64,000 bases of DNA, from the NCBI RefSeq assembly GCF_036321535.1, contig NC_087437.1, forward strand, positions 119,786,001 through 119,850,000. The letters run 5' to 3'. Both the position numbers and the translations under genes were made by a program. The DNA comes from Camelus dromedarius. Lineage: Eukaryota. The notes under the pieces are model-generated. The model did not search any database and was not told where the DNA came from. It was given only the letters and a program-made list of their open reading frames with translations. Of this stretch, positions 10,003-22,730 are shown piece after piece (within the stretch, counting starts at the first letter, position 1; every line of letters begins with the position of its first letter).

Positions 10003-13000
10003 ATGTCTTCCTCTAGTTCCTACGTGTTTTAAGGGGACACGTCTTATTTTCATCATCAGAAGTAATAAAGTTAACTTTGAAAGTAGGGTCAACACTGGGA
10101 AGAAAGTGAAGCGCTGTCCGTGCAGGGCAGTGGTTCTGGGGCAGCCGCGGTTCAGCGCAGCTTTCAAGACGCTGACGCTTAGCAGGGCTGTGGAGCCCAG
10201 GACCCCGCCGCGCCCTCGGGGACGTCCGACGTCACCATCTGCACCAGCTCTGCGTTCAGAACCCCAGCCTTGAAACCACACCCCATGAAGACACCTCTCG
10301 GGTGCCTGGAGTCGAGACGTCAAACCTGACCAGTAGACTGGTGTCATTCTTTCCTTCCACACGATGTTGCCAAGCCCTGGAGGAAGACAAACAGACGGTG
10401 ACGAGCAGGGCAGTACAGCCCCCGGCCTCGAGGAGTCGACGCTGCGGGGCCACGGCCCACAGCAGCAGACGGAGGAGCAGTGCCATCTCAGGGATGGCCA
10501 GTCCCGGGGGAGGGTGAGCGAGGGGACCGGGGTGGGGGGGCATTACGTACATCGGTCGGTCGTCTTTGAGGGAGGGTAGCTGAGCCAAGAACTCGGTGGT
10601 GACCCAGAGCAAACCGTCCAGCGGCCCACGGAAGCTGGCGGGACGGTCGGTGAGCCCTGGCAACAGGGGACGCTGCTTTACTGGGACTGGCGGGGCCAGG
10701 CCGGAGGGCCAGAGAGGCGCAGGGGGAGGCGGGAGGGGGGCTGGGGTTGGGGGGGGCCCAGGCAGGCGAAGAGGTGGGTGACGGGTGAAACAGGACGGCC
10801 CGGGATTGAAGACCTGAGGGAGGGCAGTGCTGGACGGACAGAGGCGGCAGCCAGCAGGCCCTCGGAGCAGGGACTCGGGAGATGGTGCCCACGATGGTAA
10901 TGACCAGGTGGAGGGTTTGGAGGTGGAGCCAGGGCTGCTGCGGGCAGACAGAGGCGGAGTTGGGGGCTGGGGAACAGGGGACGAGGAGTCAGGGGTGGGC
11001 ATGCCAGAAGGAGGGCCGTCTTGGGCAGAAGAGTGGCGGATTCAGTTTTGGTCACATAATCACAAGTTCAGAGCTGACAGCAACGTCAGAGGTCACTTGA
11101 CTATTGAGGACACTGAGGCCCAAAGAAAAGCACAGTGGAGGCCAGCAGGAGTCCCGGCCGCCGGGCAGCGCTTGTCCCACTGTCCCTCGTAAGTGCTGAT
11201 TCAGCGACGCGTCTGCTGGCCGCCCCGGGGGCGCCCTGGTCTTTGCAGAGCCCCTTGCACCCAAAGCAGGGCGACCGGGGGCCCCCACGGCCAAGGGGTC
11301 GGTGGGCTTATCGGACCTGTGGGCCCCGGGGTCTGAAAGGCCAAGACCCCTCTTTTTTGTTTTCTTTGTTCTGTTTTAATACAAACCAGACTCTCACGCT
11401 GCCACGAGAGGGCCTCCCAGGGCCAAGTCTCAGGAGGACCCAGGAGGGCCCCTCTGCAGGGGCTCCCTGGCCCCCAGGTCAACCCCCACCGCCGAGCTTC
11501 TCTCAAGGGCTGGGTTGTCACAGAGGCCCTTTGCTTTCCTGTCACATTTAATGAGACACAAGAAACTGAAGCGGGAACGCTGTGTGTCCGGTGGTCAGCC
11601 TGGCGAGGGGCAGGGGCCTGCAGGCCGGCGTGAGGAGGGCGGGCCCCCGCCACCGGGCAGGGGACTTCTCCCCCACCACGGGGAGGCTCTGTCACTGCCA
11701 GCCGCCACCCCTCCCCCCGACCCTTGTCTCTCCACCCTCATTTAATGAAATAACGAAGGGGCTGAGATCCAGAGCGGCCACCTGTGCTAGCTCCCTCCCG
11801 GCTAAGCCGGGGTTGGCGTCCGCGAGTCTGCCTGCAGCTCACTATCCGTCTGTCCTTTCCCAGAGAGGCTGGAGCAAACGTCCTCGTGATTTTCATTTTT
11901 TCTGTACTTCTTATGAGGGGAGTTTTCATGCGCACACAAAATGGACAAGACGACGCCATGAGCCCTGCACGCCTGCCCCCCACCCCGCCCCAGCCACTGT
12001 CACGGTGCCTGTCCGTTTCCCTCTCACGGTGTCGATCTGTAGGCAACCTCCAGAATCGGATCATCGCACCCAGACACCTTCACTGCCTGTACCAGCCATT
12101 TTGCTCAGCTCTGTTCTGTCTTTGTCCGCCATCCAGACGAAGTACACGAAGGCCAAGAGGCCGAGTGACTTCCCACAGCTCGGCCACCAGGATCAGAGCT
12201 GGGAGCCCTCAGTCGCGGGCCTGCTGGGGACCTAGCCGCCCCGGGCAAGACGTGAGCCCCGCTGCGGTGGCCTCAGTCTGCAGGTGGTCTCACAGGTGCC
12301 CCCAGGCCGGAGGGCGCTGGTGACCTGAGCTCACCTGGGCCCCCACTCACCTCCTCAGCTGCAGGGTTTCGTGAACCCAGCCGCCTGGTGTTGGAAGAGG
12401 AATGAGTAAGAAACTCAAGTCACCACTAAGCTCATTTTTAGAAACTGCAGCGTGAAATGAAAAATGAATATCTCCGGAACACCAAGCAGGGGAAGTGATA
12501 AATCAGTGCCTCCGAAGTATGTGAAAAGCGAGGAGACCAAGTGCCCATGACGCAGAGGAGCCCGGGGCAAGGTCTGACGGGGACCAGGAGCCACTGGGGG
12601 GCTTGCAAATCAGTGACAAGCTGACGGTGCTAATGACACCCTCCAGGACAGATCAGCTCTCTCCAAAGCTTCCAGGTTCATTTGCAAATGCAGCGTGGGG
12701 AGCAGTGGAGGCTCTGGACTCAAGTGGGAACAAAATTCCCTGAGGTAGGACCCATGCACGGACCCGAAGGGCTTTCAGGTGGGCTAGCGGTGTGTGCCAG
12801 GCTTCACTCAACCCGGAGAGCCGAGTCAGCCCGTCGTGACACCATCCTGTGTGCAGCTGGCACGAGCCAGCCAGGGCTGGACCACGAGACAGTGTGTGCT
12901 GGCCCCTGCCCGCTGGGCAAGCCCGTCTGTGGGCTCGTCCTCCCCGCCCTGAGGCCACACCACGCAGGCTTACAATGCATCCGTTCCCCTGGATCCCTGG

Positions 13001-13074
13001 AGTCCTCTGTAGCTGCCACCAGCCCTCTCTTAGCAAGTATTTCTGATCCTCACCACTTCTAAGCACACGCAGCA

Positions 13075-13800
13075 GCTGCACGGCCAGTCCCAGCCTGTTT
13101 GGCCAAAGTATTGCAAGACAGGGGGTGACGCATGTCCCTTCTGGGTTGGAGCATTCAGCTGCCCGCGTGGGACCCTCCTGAGGAGTCTGCCTTCTGCCAT
13201 GGCAGCCAGTGACGTGGAGAACCCGATGCCCTGTACACCCGACTTAGATGCGACCTGGTCCCAGGTGGTCCCAGCCATGTATCCCACACACTGAAGGGCT
13301 GGAGGCAGGGCGGTGAGGAGACCCCCCTCAGGGGCGGGAGGAGGTCATTCCCGGTGGGCTTGGCAAAACTGTTGCCTGTGAACCGTGGGAGGCAACCCTA
13401 CACCCAAGGACACCGCAGCTCTCGGGGACACGGGTGGAAGCGATTTTAGTAGTGTGTGGTGACTGCTTGCTGCTGGATTCGCTGAACAGGCATTGAACAA
13501 ATTGATGAGCTCAGAAAAGAATGGCCTGGTTTGTAAACAGGGACGAAAGGGGTGGGGTTAGCAAACTCAGGAGCTGGTGGATTAGGAAGAAGAGACTGAT
13601 TCTCAAACTCCAGCAGCAAAGTGATGAAACTGAGAAACGCCCGAGGCAGCAGCTGCACACAACCCAGCCATGTCCCAGGATGAGGTCAGGGCGCCGCCTC
13701 GCGGCCGTTCCTGAAACCCCTGGACGGATCCAGGCGACACCTGGGGCTCAGGCCGGGTGGACACAAGGAAAGAGGACGTGGTTGTCTCTCCCACGCCAGC
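13075..13800 (+). mobile_element. MaLR remnant: partial MLT1(J-like) LTR followed by MLT1 internal sequence
   Basis: LTR-like tttggccaaag...gtgacgcatgtcccttctgggttggagcattcagctgcc, then ttggcaaaactgttgcctg and ttagtagtgtgtggtgactgct...gatgagctcagaaaagaatggcctggtttg, matching recalled MLT1-int consensus. Confidence 0.6.
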
Positions 13801-15104
13801 TCTTGGGCTCAGAGACCACAAATGTCTCTCTCCATCAGTGCAGTAAGAGGACGACCCTCCGGGGAGCTGCACACCAGGAAGAACACGGTCAGGTCCCGGC
13901 ACGTGCAGGAGTCACGCTGCGTGAAGCCGCTGTGCACCCAGAATTAGGGAACCTGAGCCACTGCAGCGAAGGGAACACAGGGCTGGGTCCTGCCAGCCTC
14001 TGGTCACAGCATTTCATCCATCAATCAATACGTGACCTTGTTTGACGAGGGTTTTGTTTAAAGACAACTTATTTAATAGGTTGTTGGTCAGTTAACACTG
14101 AACTCAGGCCAGCAGCCCTGCACTCACCCCGAGGACGCTGCTCTAAACACGTGCTTCCTCTGGAGGGCGCGTCCCAGACCCCCTGTGCTCAGGACCCCAG
14201 ACAGCTCTTCCCGCGGTGGTTGGGGCTGTTTAAACAGCAGATTCACTAGCAAAAAGCACAGAAGAGCGAGGAGCATGGCACTTAATAGGCCGTGAAAAGG
14301 ACGCTGGTTTGCAGCATGAGCTGAAACAAGAAGGCAGAGTCGCCCTGTCATCCTCAGCTGGGGACGTGCCTGTCCGATCACTCAGGCTCCTTGCCCCACC
14401 CCCACCCTCTGCACATCCAAGAACGACCTCTAAGCTCCTCGGTACTGATTTGAGGTTACAACTAAGTTTTCCAGAGTAGACAAATTCAAAAACACAGAAT
14501 CCACAGACAATAAAGATACAATAACTGTATCTGAGACTGAGAACTTGAAAATCCCCCGCGGCCCCGTTCTCCTGAGAGCAGCAGACAGGCTAAGAAAGCC
14601 CTCGGCCTCCGGGAGGGCAGGCCCCCCAGGCCCGGTTCAGATGTGGCCGGCGAGGGTAACAGCAAAGGGAGAACCGTGGTGGATGGGGGCCCTTCCCGGG
14701 TGGGGGGAGAATCAGGGCCAGGTGGAGACACAGTTCCCACCCCGCTGGGATTCCAGGGCGGCTCAGCCCTGAGACCCCCTTCCCACGGATGTGCTGGTCA
14801 CTGTCATCCCATCCCGGGTCCAACATTCTGTATTAAATGTGATGGGGAGGTCATTTGTCTTTTCATCAGTCTCCAGATCCAAAAGCGTCCCCCTTGACAC
14901 AATGAGGACCACTGGGCGTCACCCCCGATTCAGAGACCACCCCACACCACCCAGAGAGCCGGAGGAGAGCTTGGTCCAGGACTGAGCAGGAGCTGGGGTG
15001 TCGAGGAGGGGCTGGCCCAGGTGAGAGGAGAGCGGGCCACGGGCAGCAGGCGGGTGTGCGGGCATCAGAGCCACGCACAGCCGCCCCGTTCTCTCCACTT
15101 GGAA

Positions 15105-15330
15105 TGCGGTCCACGTCCCGGCGGGCTCCCACGGAGCAGACTCGGGGACAGGGGTAGCACACAGGACGTGTGTGAGGAGCTCCCTTGGGATCGACAGCCG
15201 TGGAGAGGCGGGGCAGAGAAGGACACGGCCGAGGGAGGAGAGGGACCGCCCCACAGACCAGACCACAGGCCTGGTCCCCGGCGGAGATCTGAGGCAGGAA
15301 CTGCCCGCAGATGCAGGCTGGCCCCCACCC
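15105..15330 (-). mobile_element. LTR16A-like ERVL LTR fragment
   Basis: gagcagactcggggacagggg...gagctcccttgggatcgacagccgtggagagg...gagggaggag resembles the recalled LTR16A consensus. Confidence 0.45.
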
Positions 15331-17264
15331 TCCCTGCCGGGCTGCTGAGAACGCTCCTCCTTGCTCCTCGCGGCTCCGCAGACCTGCAGGCTCCGGCTCA
15401 GTCCCCTCTGCCCACCAGCCTCCGCTCAGACCCCCTTGTTCTGCTCCTCACATCCCTCCCCGGCTCTGCCCAGCTGACCAGTCCTCCTCCTTTGCCCACG
15501 GATTCAAGCCCCTTCTAACCTTGGGGCACAGAGGGGAGGCCCGGGTGGCCCCACAGCCCTGCCCGTGGGGAGGGTTTTCCCGCCTCACTCTCTTTAAAGC
15601 GCCTGAGTGAGGCTGCAGTGAGGTGGCCGTGAAGTCCTGGCTGGGCTGGACCCACCAGAGAGCCCGGCGGGCCTTGGCCCCCTGCATCTGCTCCCCGGGA
15701 GGGGCCCTGCGGAGGGCCTGGGTGCGAGCTGGGGCTGCGCTGGGGGCCCGGGGCCTGCGGGCCCTCCGCTCCTGCTCCTGCTGGTCCCAGGTGCGCATCT
15801 CCATCCAGGACGGATTATTTCTGAGCCCCACAGCCGGGCAGCTTGTGGGCGTGACGGGACCCAGCTCGCCCTGGGGGGCGGGCAGCGCCTGTCTCTCTGG
15901 GGCCCGGGAGCACGCCAGCAGTGGTGTTTCAAAAGGCACAGAATTCTCTGCTGCAGGTGGCGTGGCTTTGCTCCAGGATCCCAGGGGCCTGTATGGTGGT
16001 TTTGCTGTAAAGACCACCCAGCGTTTTTCCCGCTGCCGATGCCCCGATGGCGCACGGTCTGCCTGGTGTCAGGCCCGAGCCTCGGGGCTGCTTGCCCTCA
16101 GCCGGCGTGCTGCCGAGCCCTTCCCTGCTCGGCGCTGACCCACGGCTCCGGGGTCCACATCAGCAGCATGTGGGCTGCAGCGGCCTCCCAGCTGTGGACG
16201 CGCAGCCTCCGGGGTCCCCAGAGGCCCACCGGGCATCGTCTGGGTGGGACGCCAGAAGCAGGAACTGGAGGGGAGGCGGCGGCCTGCTCCTGGCTAGGGC
16301 CCCCCTGAGAACTGGATTACCGTGGTGTTCTCTGAATAGTCTTAGGGTTTCCCTCCCACCTGCTGGGGCTCAGGTATCTCATGGAGACTTCCAGTGTGCG
16401 AGCCTCTTTGGGCTTCTCCCCCGGGGGGCACGGTGTTATCAGTGAGGTAGGACCAGGTGATGTTCTACGGGATGTCCGGGCCACCCAGACCTCTGTCGCA
16501 GCCCCGAGGCAGAGCAGGAATATATCCTGTTACACCTTCCACGTGAATGCAGACTGTTTCCTCCCAGGGACGGAAAAGAGCGCCCGGCCCGCCCTGAGGG
16601 CAGCCGTGCCCCGGAGGCTGTGCTCACCTGCTCCGGCAGAGGACCTCGCTGGAGGGCGGCTGGGCCAGGCCGCCTCCCGTCTTGTTTGCTGGAGTCCGTG
16701 GTCACTCTTCAGGGTTCTCCTGCTTTCTGCAGGGAGGCTGCTAAATTAGATAGAAATTAAATAGAGGGGGGTTGGAGACCACCACCCCTGCGTCCTCGGA
16801 GCCTCTGGTGCGGAACCGGTTTCCACCCACCCTGGGGATGGAGTCGTGTGTTTTACTTACTGTCCTGGCCAGGGTCAGGGCGCTTCCCCTTGTCACGTCC
16901 CACTGTGGCTGCTTTGACCCCACAGGCCAAAGGCACCGACTGCCAAGCTTGCCTATCCCAGCTACAATCCAGGGACTGGGGACACGGCCACAGGGGGCCA
17001 GGGACACAGTGGGCCTGCTGTAGGCCAGTCCTTGGCCACAACTACTGACTACACGGTCTGTTTATCCCCCACTTCAGCAGGGGCCACCTGAGGGCCTGGG
17101 TCCGTAGGTACCCGCGTCAGCTCTACCCTGTGTCTAGCGACCCTTCGAATGTTTGGGTATCTCCTCCATCAACGTACAACCCAAGGAAGAGGCTGCAAAT
17201 CCTCGTTACAAGGGCAGATATTCCAGGGGAACAAAGCAGCATCTAGAGGAACGTGTTTAGTCTT

Positions 17265-18010
17265 AAATGCCTTTCTTCAACAGAGAAAACTCTCAGCCAA
17301 TATCTCTTCAAGTATTGCTTCTGCCAACTCCTTCTTCCCCTCTCTTCAGATTCTGTCAATATTTATGAAATCTTTCCACAGTAACCTTCATGTCTTTTAC
17401 CCTCGATTTTACTTTTTAATCCTGTCTCTCCATGCCTTATTCTGGATAATTGCTTTTAACCCATTTCAGATTCACTGATTTTCTCAGTGGGTAATCTAAC
17501 ATTTTGTTAAACCAGCACGTTGAGTTTGTATTTCAGTGATTGTCTATTGCAGTTCTCACATTTGTATCTGGGTATTTTCATTAGTGTTATGTCATTTTTT
17601 ATAGTTTTCAATTCTCACTTATTGTAACATTTTACTTGGTTAACTCAAATATCTAGACCCCCCTGGGGTGGGGGGGGGGTCTAATTTTATCGTCCTTTGT
17701 TTCTGCTGGTTCTTGTAAGACTGTCATTTCTCTTCTTGTGTTCACTTAGATTGTGTGCTGGACATCTCATTCGGAGAAAAACGTTTTGTGGAAATAATTG
17801 ACGATAAAATCTTTGTCTGAGGATTTTTTGTGGCTGCTAGGCACCTGGTTGTATTGGCAATCTGGAATCATTTTAATCTCATTTTACGAACTGAGATTTT
17901 CCTGGGACATCCTGGTGTCTAAAAAACCGGACTGAACTTTCTGTGAGGGCTTGTTTATTTCCAGTTCACTCTCTGCCTTGGGTGCAACCCTTCAGAGCCC
18001 CAACCCAAAG
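17265..18010 (-). mobile_element. Ancient L1M (5' UTR/ORF1 region) fragment
   Basis: AT-rich block. gaaaactctcagccaatatctcttcaagtattgcttctg is the antisense of the conserved L1 ORF1 motif cagaagcaatatttgaagagataatggctgagaatttt. Confidence 0.7.
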
Positions 18011-19577
18011 GAGGTTTGCCAAGACCCCCAGGCTTGGAGGATCTTGACCTCTACCTGTTGTCCCTCCTCCTGCGGGCGGCACAAGGTGCTGCCCAGCCCC
18101 TCAGGGGCCCCTCCCGAGGCTGGCGAGCGCCCTGGGTGGGAGAGCTGCCCCAGACGCTGGGCTCACCGCTCCAAACTCCCATCTTCCCCTGCTGCAGGCC
18201 CTGCGGTTTTCACCACTCATTAGCCCATCAGCATTCGAGGACATTTTTTTCAGATATTTTGTTCAAATGTATCTCGTTGTCCTCAGAGGGAGGGTTAGGT
18301 CACTATTACTGGCAGCAGAAGTCTTTACACTCCTGTTCTCGGCATAAATTTAACAATAATTCACTCTTCTGACACCAAGAGATCAAAGCTCCAAATATGC
18401 TCCCGTTGGCAGCCTGACTATGTTGTCCTAGACTCTGCACACAAGTGGGAAGAACTTGGTCAGACTTTCTGCAAGGTTCAGAGGCTTGAGTACACGCTGC
18501 CTAACGCTCTGCCTGGGTTACGTCCCACAGGCCCCTCGGAAGTGGGCTGTCTGGCGTTTGGAATGTACGTTCCCGTGTAGGACAGCCGGGCCACGAGAGC
18601 CCGCTGTGGGGCTGAGACACTGAGGCCGCATGAATTCTGTGTCATAGGATCAGGGTGCAGAGACGGGCCTGCCTTCCTCTCTCCAAGCACGACGAGGGCC
18701 CAGGAGGAGACGTTTAAGAGGCCCACTTGCCTTTGGGTTTGCCCACCTCCCCATGCTCTGAGCACCCAGCCTGTGCTGAGGGACCCCGTGCCTTCCCGGG
18801 GCCCCCAGTGCCCACTGGAGAGCCTCACCCAGCCTGTCCTCCACCCAAAATGCTCCATGTTCCCAACTAACCCCAGTGTTGTCCCTCACAATAAAATCTC
18901 ACGCCCCTCCTGTGCAGGCTTGGCAAACTCCAGGAGAGAGGAAGGTGTCACATGACAGGTCACGCCCACAGCGACTGGTCTTAGCCAAGACCTGGCCTGA
19001 GGTGTAGCCCGGCCGGCAGACCAGTGGGGCCACACGAGGGGCCAGCTCTGCAGGCACCCCCAGACCAGCCCTTCCCTGGCAAAGCTTCGTCCCAAAGCCA
19101 ACCCACCCCTGATGGCCACAGAACCTAAGACCTGAGCTGAGAGTGGTTCTAGGGGCTTCAGATGCAGAAGCTGATGAAATGATTTGCTCAGAACCCCCAG
19201 GAAGCTGGGAGCAGAGCCAGGGCAGGACTCCCACGGCCCATCCCCGCACTGCCTCCTGCTCACCTGGCCTCCTCACCGTCCCAGGGCGGGGCGTGGGCTC
19301 CCTCACACACGCACATACACACACCCACGAGCGGGCACACCTGGCCCATGGTCAGTTCAACTTTGCATGGGTCACTAATCATTTTTCTAGCCCCACCAAT
19401 ACGCACCATTCCATGCAGGCACGTTACCTGTCCTGTTCCCAACTACGATCTGCTCTGTTGTGGACCAAGGGTGTCACCCTGGCCCCGTCCGTGAAGAGTG
19501 CACAGACGAAGTGAAAGCTGTTCTGTGAGTGACAGCAGCAGAGCTCACTAAAGGACGCCCATTACAGAAACAGTGAC

Positions 19578-19768
19578 GGGGGTGGCCCAGGGAGGTGGCC
19601 CAGGGAGGTGGTCCAGGGAGATGGTCCAGGGAGGTGGCCCAGGGAGATGGTCCAGGGAGGTGGCCCGGGGAGGTGGCCCGGGGAGGTGGCCCGGGGAGGT
19701 GGTCCGGGGAGGTGGCCCGGGGAGGTGGCCCGGGGAGGTGGTCCAGGGAGGTGGCCCAGGGAGGTGGC
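19578..19768 (+). repeat. 13-bp G-rich minisatellite GGAG(G/A)TGG(C/T)CC(A/G)G, ~14.7 copies
   Basis: Units read directly at exact 13-bp period from 19578 to 19759, plus a partial unit. Confidence 0.97.
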
Positions 19769-22330
19769 GGCGGGAAAGACACTTGAAGCCTTTAAAGAAG
19801 TTTCTAAACTTCTCCCTGGCTTGCCAATCTGACAGATAAAGGCCGGGGTTCCTGGCGGGGTGCTCATCAGGGCACACACGTCCCCGGGGCCCCCGGTTCC
19901 CAGCTTCACTCTGTCTTTGTAAGGTCTGTCTACTGATTTCAAAAGCTCTTTCCACAGCAAATATTTACAAGTTTGTGTCATAGTGGTTGGCAAATTTTTT
20001 CCCTAGGAATCCTAGAAATGCACCCAAGAGGGCAATACCACCGGTCAGGATGGCCGTCCTCTTAGGACAGGGCTGGTGGCGGGGGAAGGGGGTGCTCTCT
20101 CAGCCCTGGGCTCCGTGGCCAGAGCAGGAAAGAGGATGACGGGCCCCGAAGGACAGGCCGGGCAGCCACGGCACAGGGGCTCCGCACACCTGCAGACCGA
20201 CAGGCAGAGAGACGCAGGGCCATGCTGGCCAGAGTCGCTGACCCTGATCGCCGTGGGCATTCAGAGCTGGTGATGCACAAGAGGGGAGGAAAGACTGTTT
20301 GGTACCCATGGAATCCCCGGGGCATCTCTTGTTTCTCCCGTGGCCAGCTTCACTCGTAAACAGACAAGCAGAACCAACAGAGCCCGACGAGGACACAGTG
20401 ACCCTCAGGGCTGAGCTCCGCCGAGCCAGCACTGAACCCTGTGCCACAGGGGACAGGCATGTGTCCCGAGGCAGCTGGGCCACGACAGCCAATGCCTGCA
20501 GGCAGCGGTGCCGTAGCAGACACTCCCCAGGAACCATGTGATGCGCTCCCAGCTGCCAGGCTGCCTGGCCCCTGCCGCCTTCTGAGCCCGTTTCTCCAGC
20601 CTCCCTTGGATTCTGTGCATGTTGGTTATTCACTGAGGGGTGGTTTCCATCATTGCAAACAAGGATCAGGCTGGTACCCACGACTGGAACACCTGGCAGG
20701 TCCCCCAGTGCACAGCAGGCGGCTCCCCTGACATACGTTCTTTTTAACCACAACCAGACTTGATGCCCTAAGGTCACTGGCTCTGTCTTTCTTCACACGC
20801 TGCAGCCGGACCAGAAGACCACGGTGGGTATCTTCTGCTCTTCCGTCTGTCTACGAACGAGATTTCTGTCACATGGGAGGCTTCTTGTGATGGATTATTT
20901 TTCTCAGCAGAAAGAAGGAAGATGCCGCTGTCTGTTAACAGGGGTGGATGGACCTTGTCCCAACCTGCTTTCCACACACCGATTGTCACCCTGATCACTG
21001 CCCCCTGCAGCTGCCACCTGGATGGGTCTCTGTACAAAGGCTCACATCTCTGCCACAGACATTACCTCTTGAAAACCTTTCACAAAGGAGACTCAAGGAC
21101 TTAGTGGCACATCTAAGGGGGTATCATCCCCATGAGCCTCTCTGTAAGGTCCCCAGGGCCCCAGGACCTCCCACGGGAGCAGGGTGCCCCCCCCACGCCA
21201 AAAGCAGCCCAGCCCCCACCCCATGGGCCCAGTTTCCTTCTTATTGTGGGTCCAGTAAAACTAACATTTGAGGTTGTTTTAAGAGGTTGTCAGACAGCAA
21301 GGCCTCATTCCCAGGAAGGACCTCGTGGAGAACTCAGGAGCTCACAGAAGCAAAGATCTCAGATGGGCCCACTTTCTCTCTCCGACTTCTGAAACTGGAG
21401 AATTCTGCTCCGTGTGTGTGAGGAGGGACCCCTGCCTCGTTCCCGTCGCCAGAAGGGCACCCCATCCCCTGCTCTGTCAGGATCTGTGCTGAGACTTGAC
21501 TTGTCATGGGGGTGCCTGCGCTGGGAAGGCCCAACCTGAATGGGGTTCACTGGAAGCAGATGTTCCAGAAAGTCCCCACCTTTGTCCACAGGCGTCTAAA
21601 GGGGAAGGTGGCCAGGGCCACGCCCACCGGGATGGTTGCCGGCTTGAGCTGACCAGAGTTAGCTCCCGGCCGTGGGGACACGGCAACTAGCGCACAGCTG
21701 GGCCTCTGAGCAGGATCCTCTTTTCCCTTCCCGCCGCTCTTCTGTTCTGTGTGACACTAACAAGTACTCTGACCTCCATCCCTCCTTCAGAAAGACCACA
21801 AGGCGCCGGTTCCGGCCACAGAAAACGGGAAGAAATGACAGATCTCAGGAGCAAACGTGAACGTCCGTCCCAAAGCGCCCCGTCCTCCATGCGGACGCGT
21901 CACAGCCATCTCTTTGGTGTCAGCGCTCCGATGAATGCAATTAAAAGCTAAAAATAAGAAAACGTCTGCCGTTAAACACAAAGACACTTGAAAAGGCAGC
22001 CACGGCCGCCCCTGTGCAGGGCTGGTGCGCGTGTGGGCTTTACGCTCATCTGTTTTCCTCCAGCAATTTATCGGGAACGTGATGTGAACAGGGCACAGAT
22101 TAGGCAGCAAAGATGACTCAGCTGACCATGAAAGACCCGCTCAGCATCCTCAGACTGTCAGGGACCATGGAAAGCCCGCTCGTGCTCACCGCCCAGGACG
22201 AGCAGCTTAGCACCACTCTGGGTCGTCTTGTCTGAGGTGGACGTTTTACCCTGCTTCCCCACAAGCCGGCGTCCAGGGCTCTCTTGCGACAGCTCTGTGG
22301 TTCCGAGTTCTGCACAGATGCTCGAAAGGT

Positions 22331-22730
22331 GCACACACACACAGCCACACGCACGCAGACACACACACACAGACACAGACACACACAGACACACACACAG
22401 CCACACGCACGCAGACACACACACACACAGCCACACACACGCAGACACACACACACAGACACACACAGACACACACACAGCCACACGCACGCAGACACAC
22501 ACACAGACACACACACACACACATAGACACACAAACACACACAGACACACACACACAAACACACGCAGACACACCCACAGCCACACACATGCAGACACAC
22601 ACAGACACAAACACAGACACGCACACAGACACACACACATAGAAACACACACATAGAAACACACACACACATACACACACACACAGACACAAACACAGAC
22701 ACACACACAGCCACACACACACCACCACAG
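22331..22730 (+). repeat. ~400-bp compound (CA)n/(CAGA)/(CACG) repeat
   Basis: Directly visible. The sub-motif agccacacgcacgcagac recurs. Confidence 0.97.

Noticed and set aside
16750..17050. Possible old MLT1/LTR16-type LTR (similar doubt at ~45080-45460)
   Set aside because: Resemblance too weak to assign by eye, so left unannotated pending a Dfam search.
19578..19768. Regular repeat as a CRISPR array or as a Gly/Pro-rich repeat protein
   Set aside because: Head-to-tail 13-bp units with no unique spacers and no cas genes, in a mammalian context. The unit length is not a multiple of 3.
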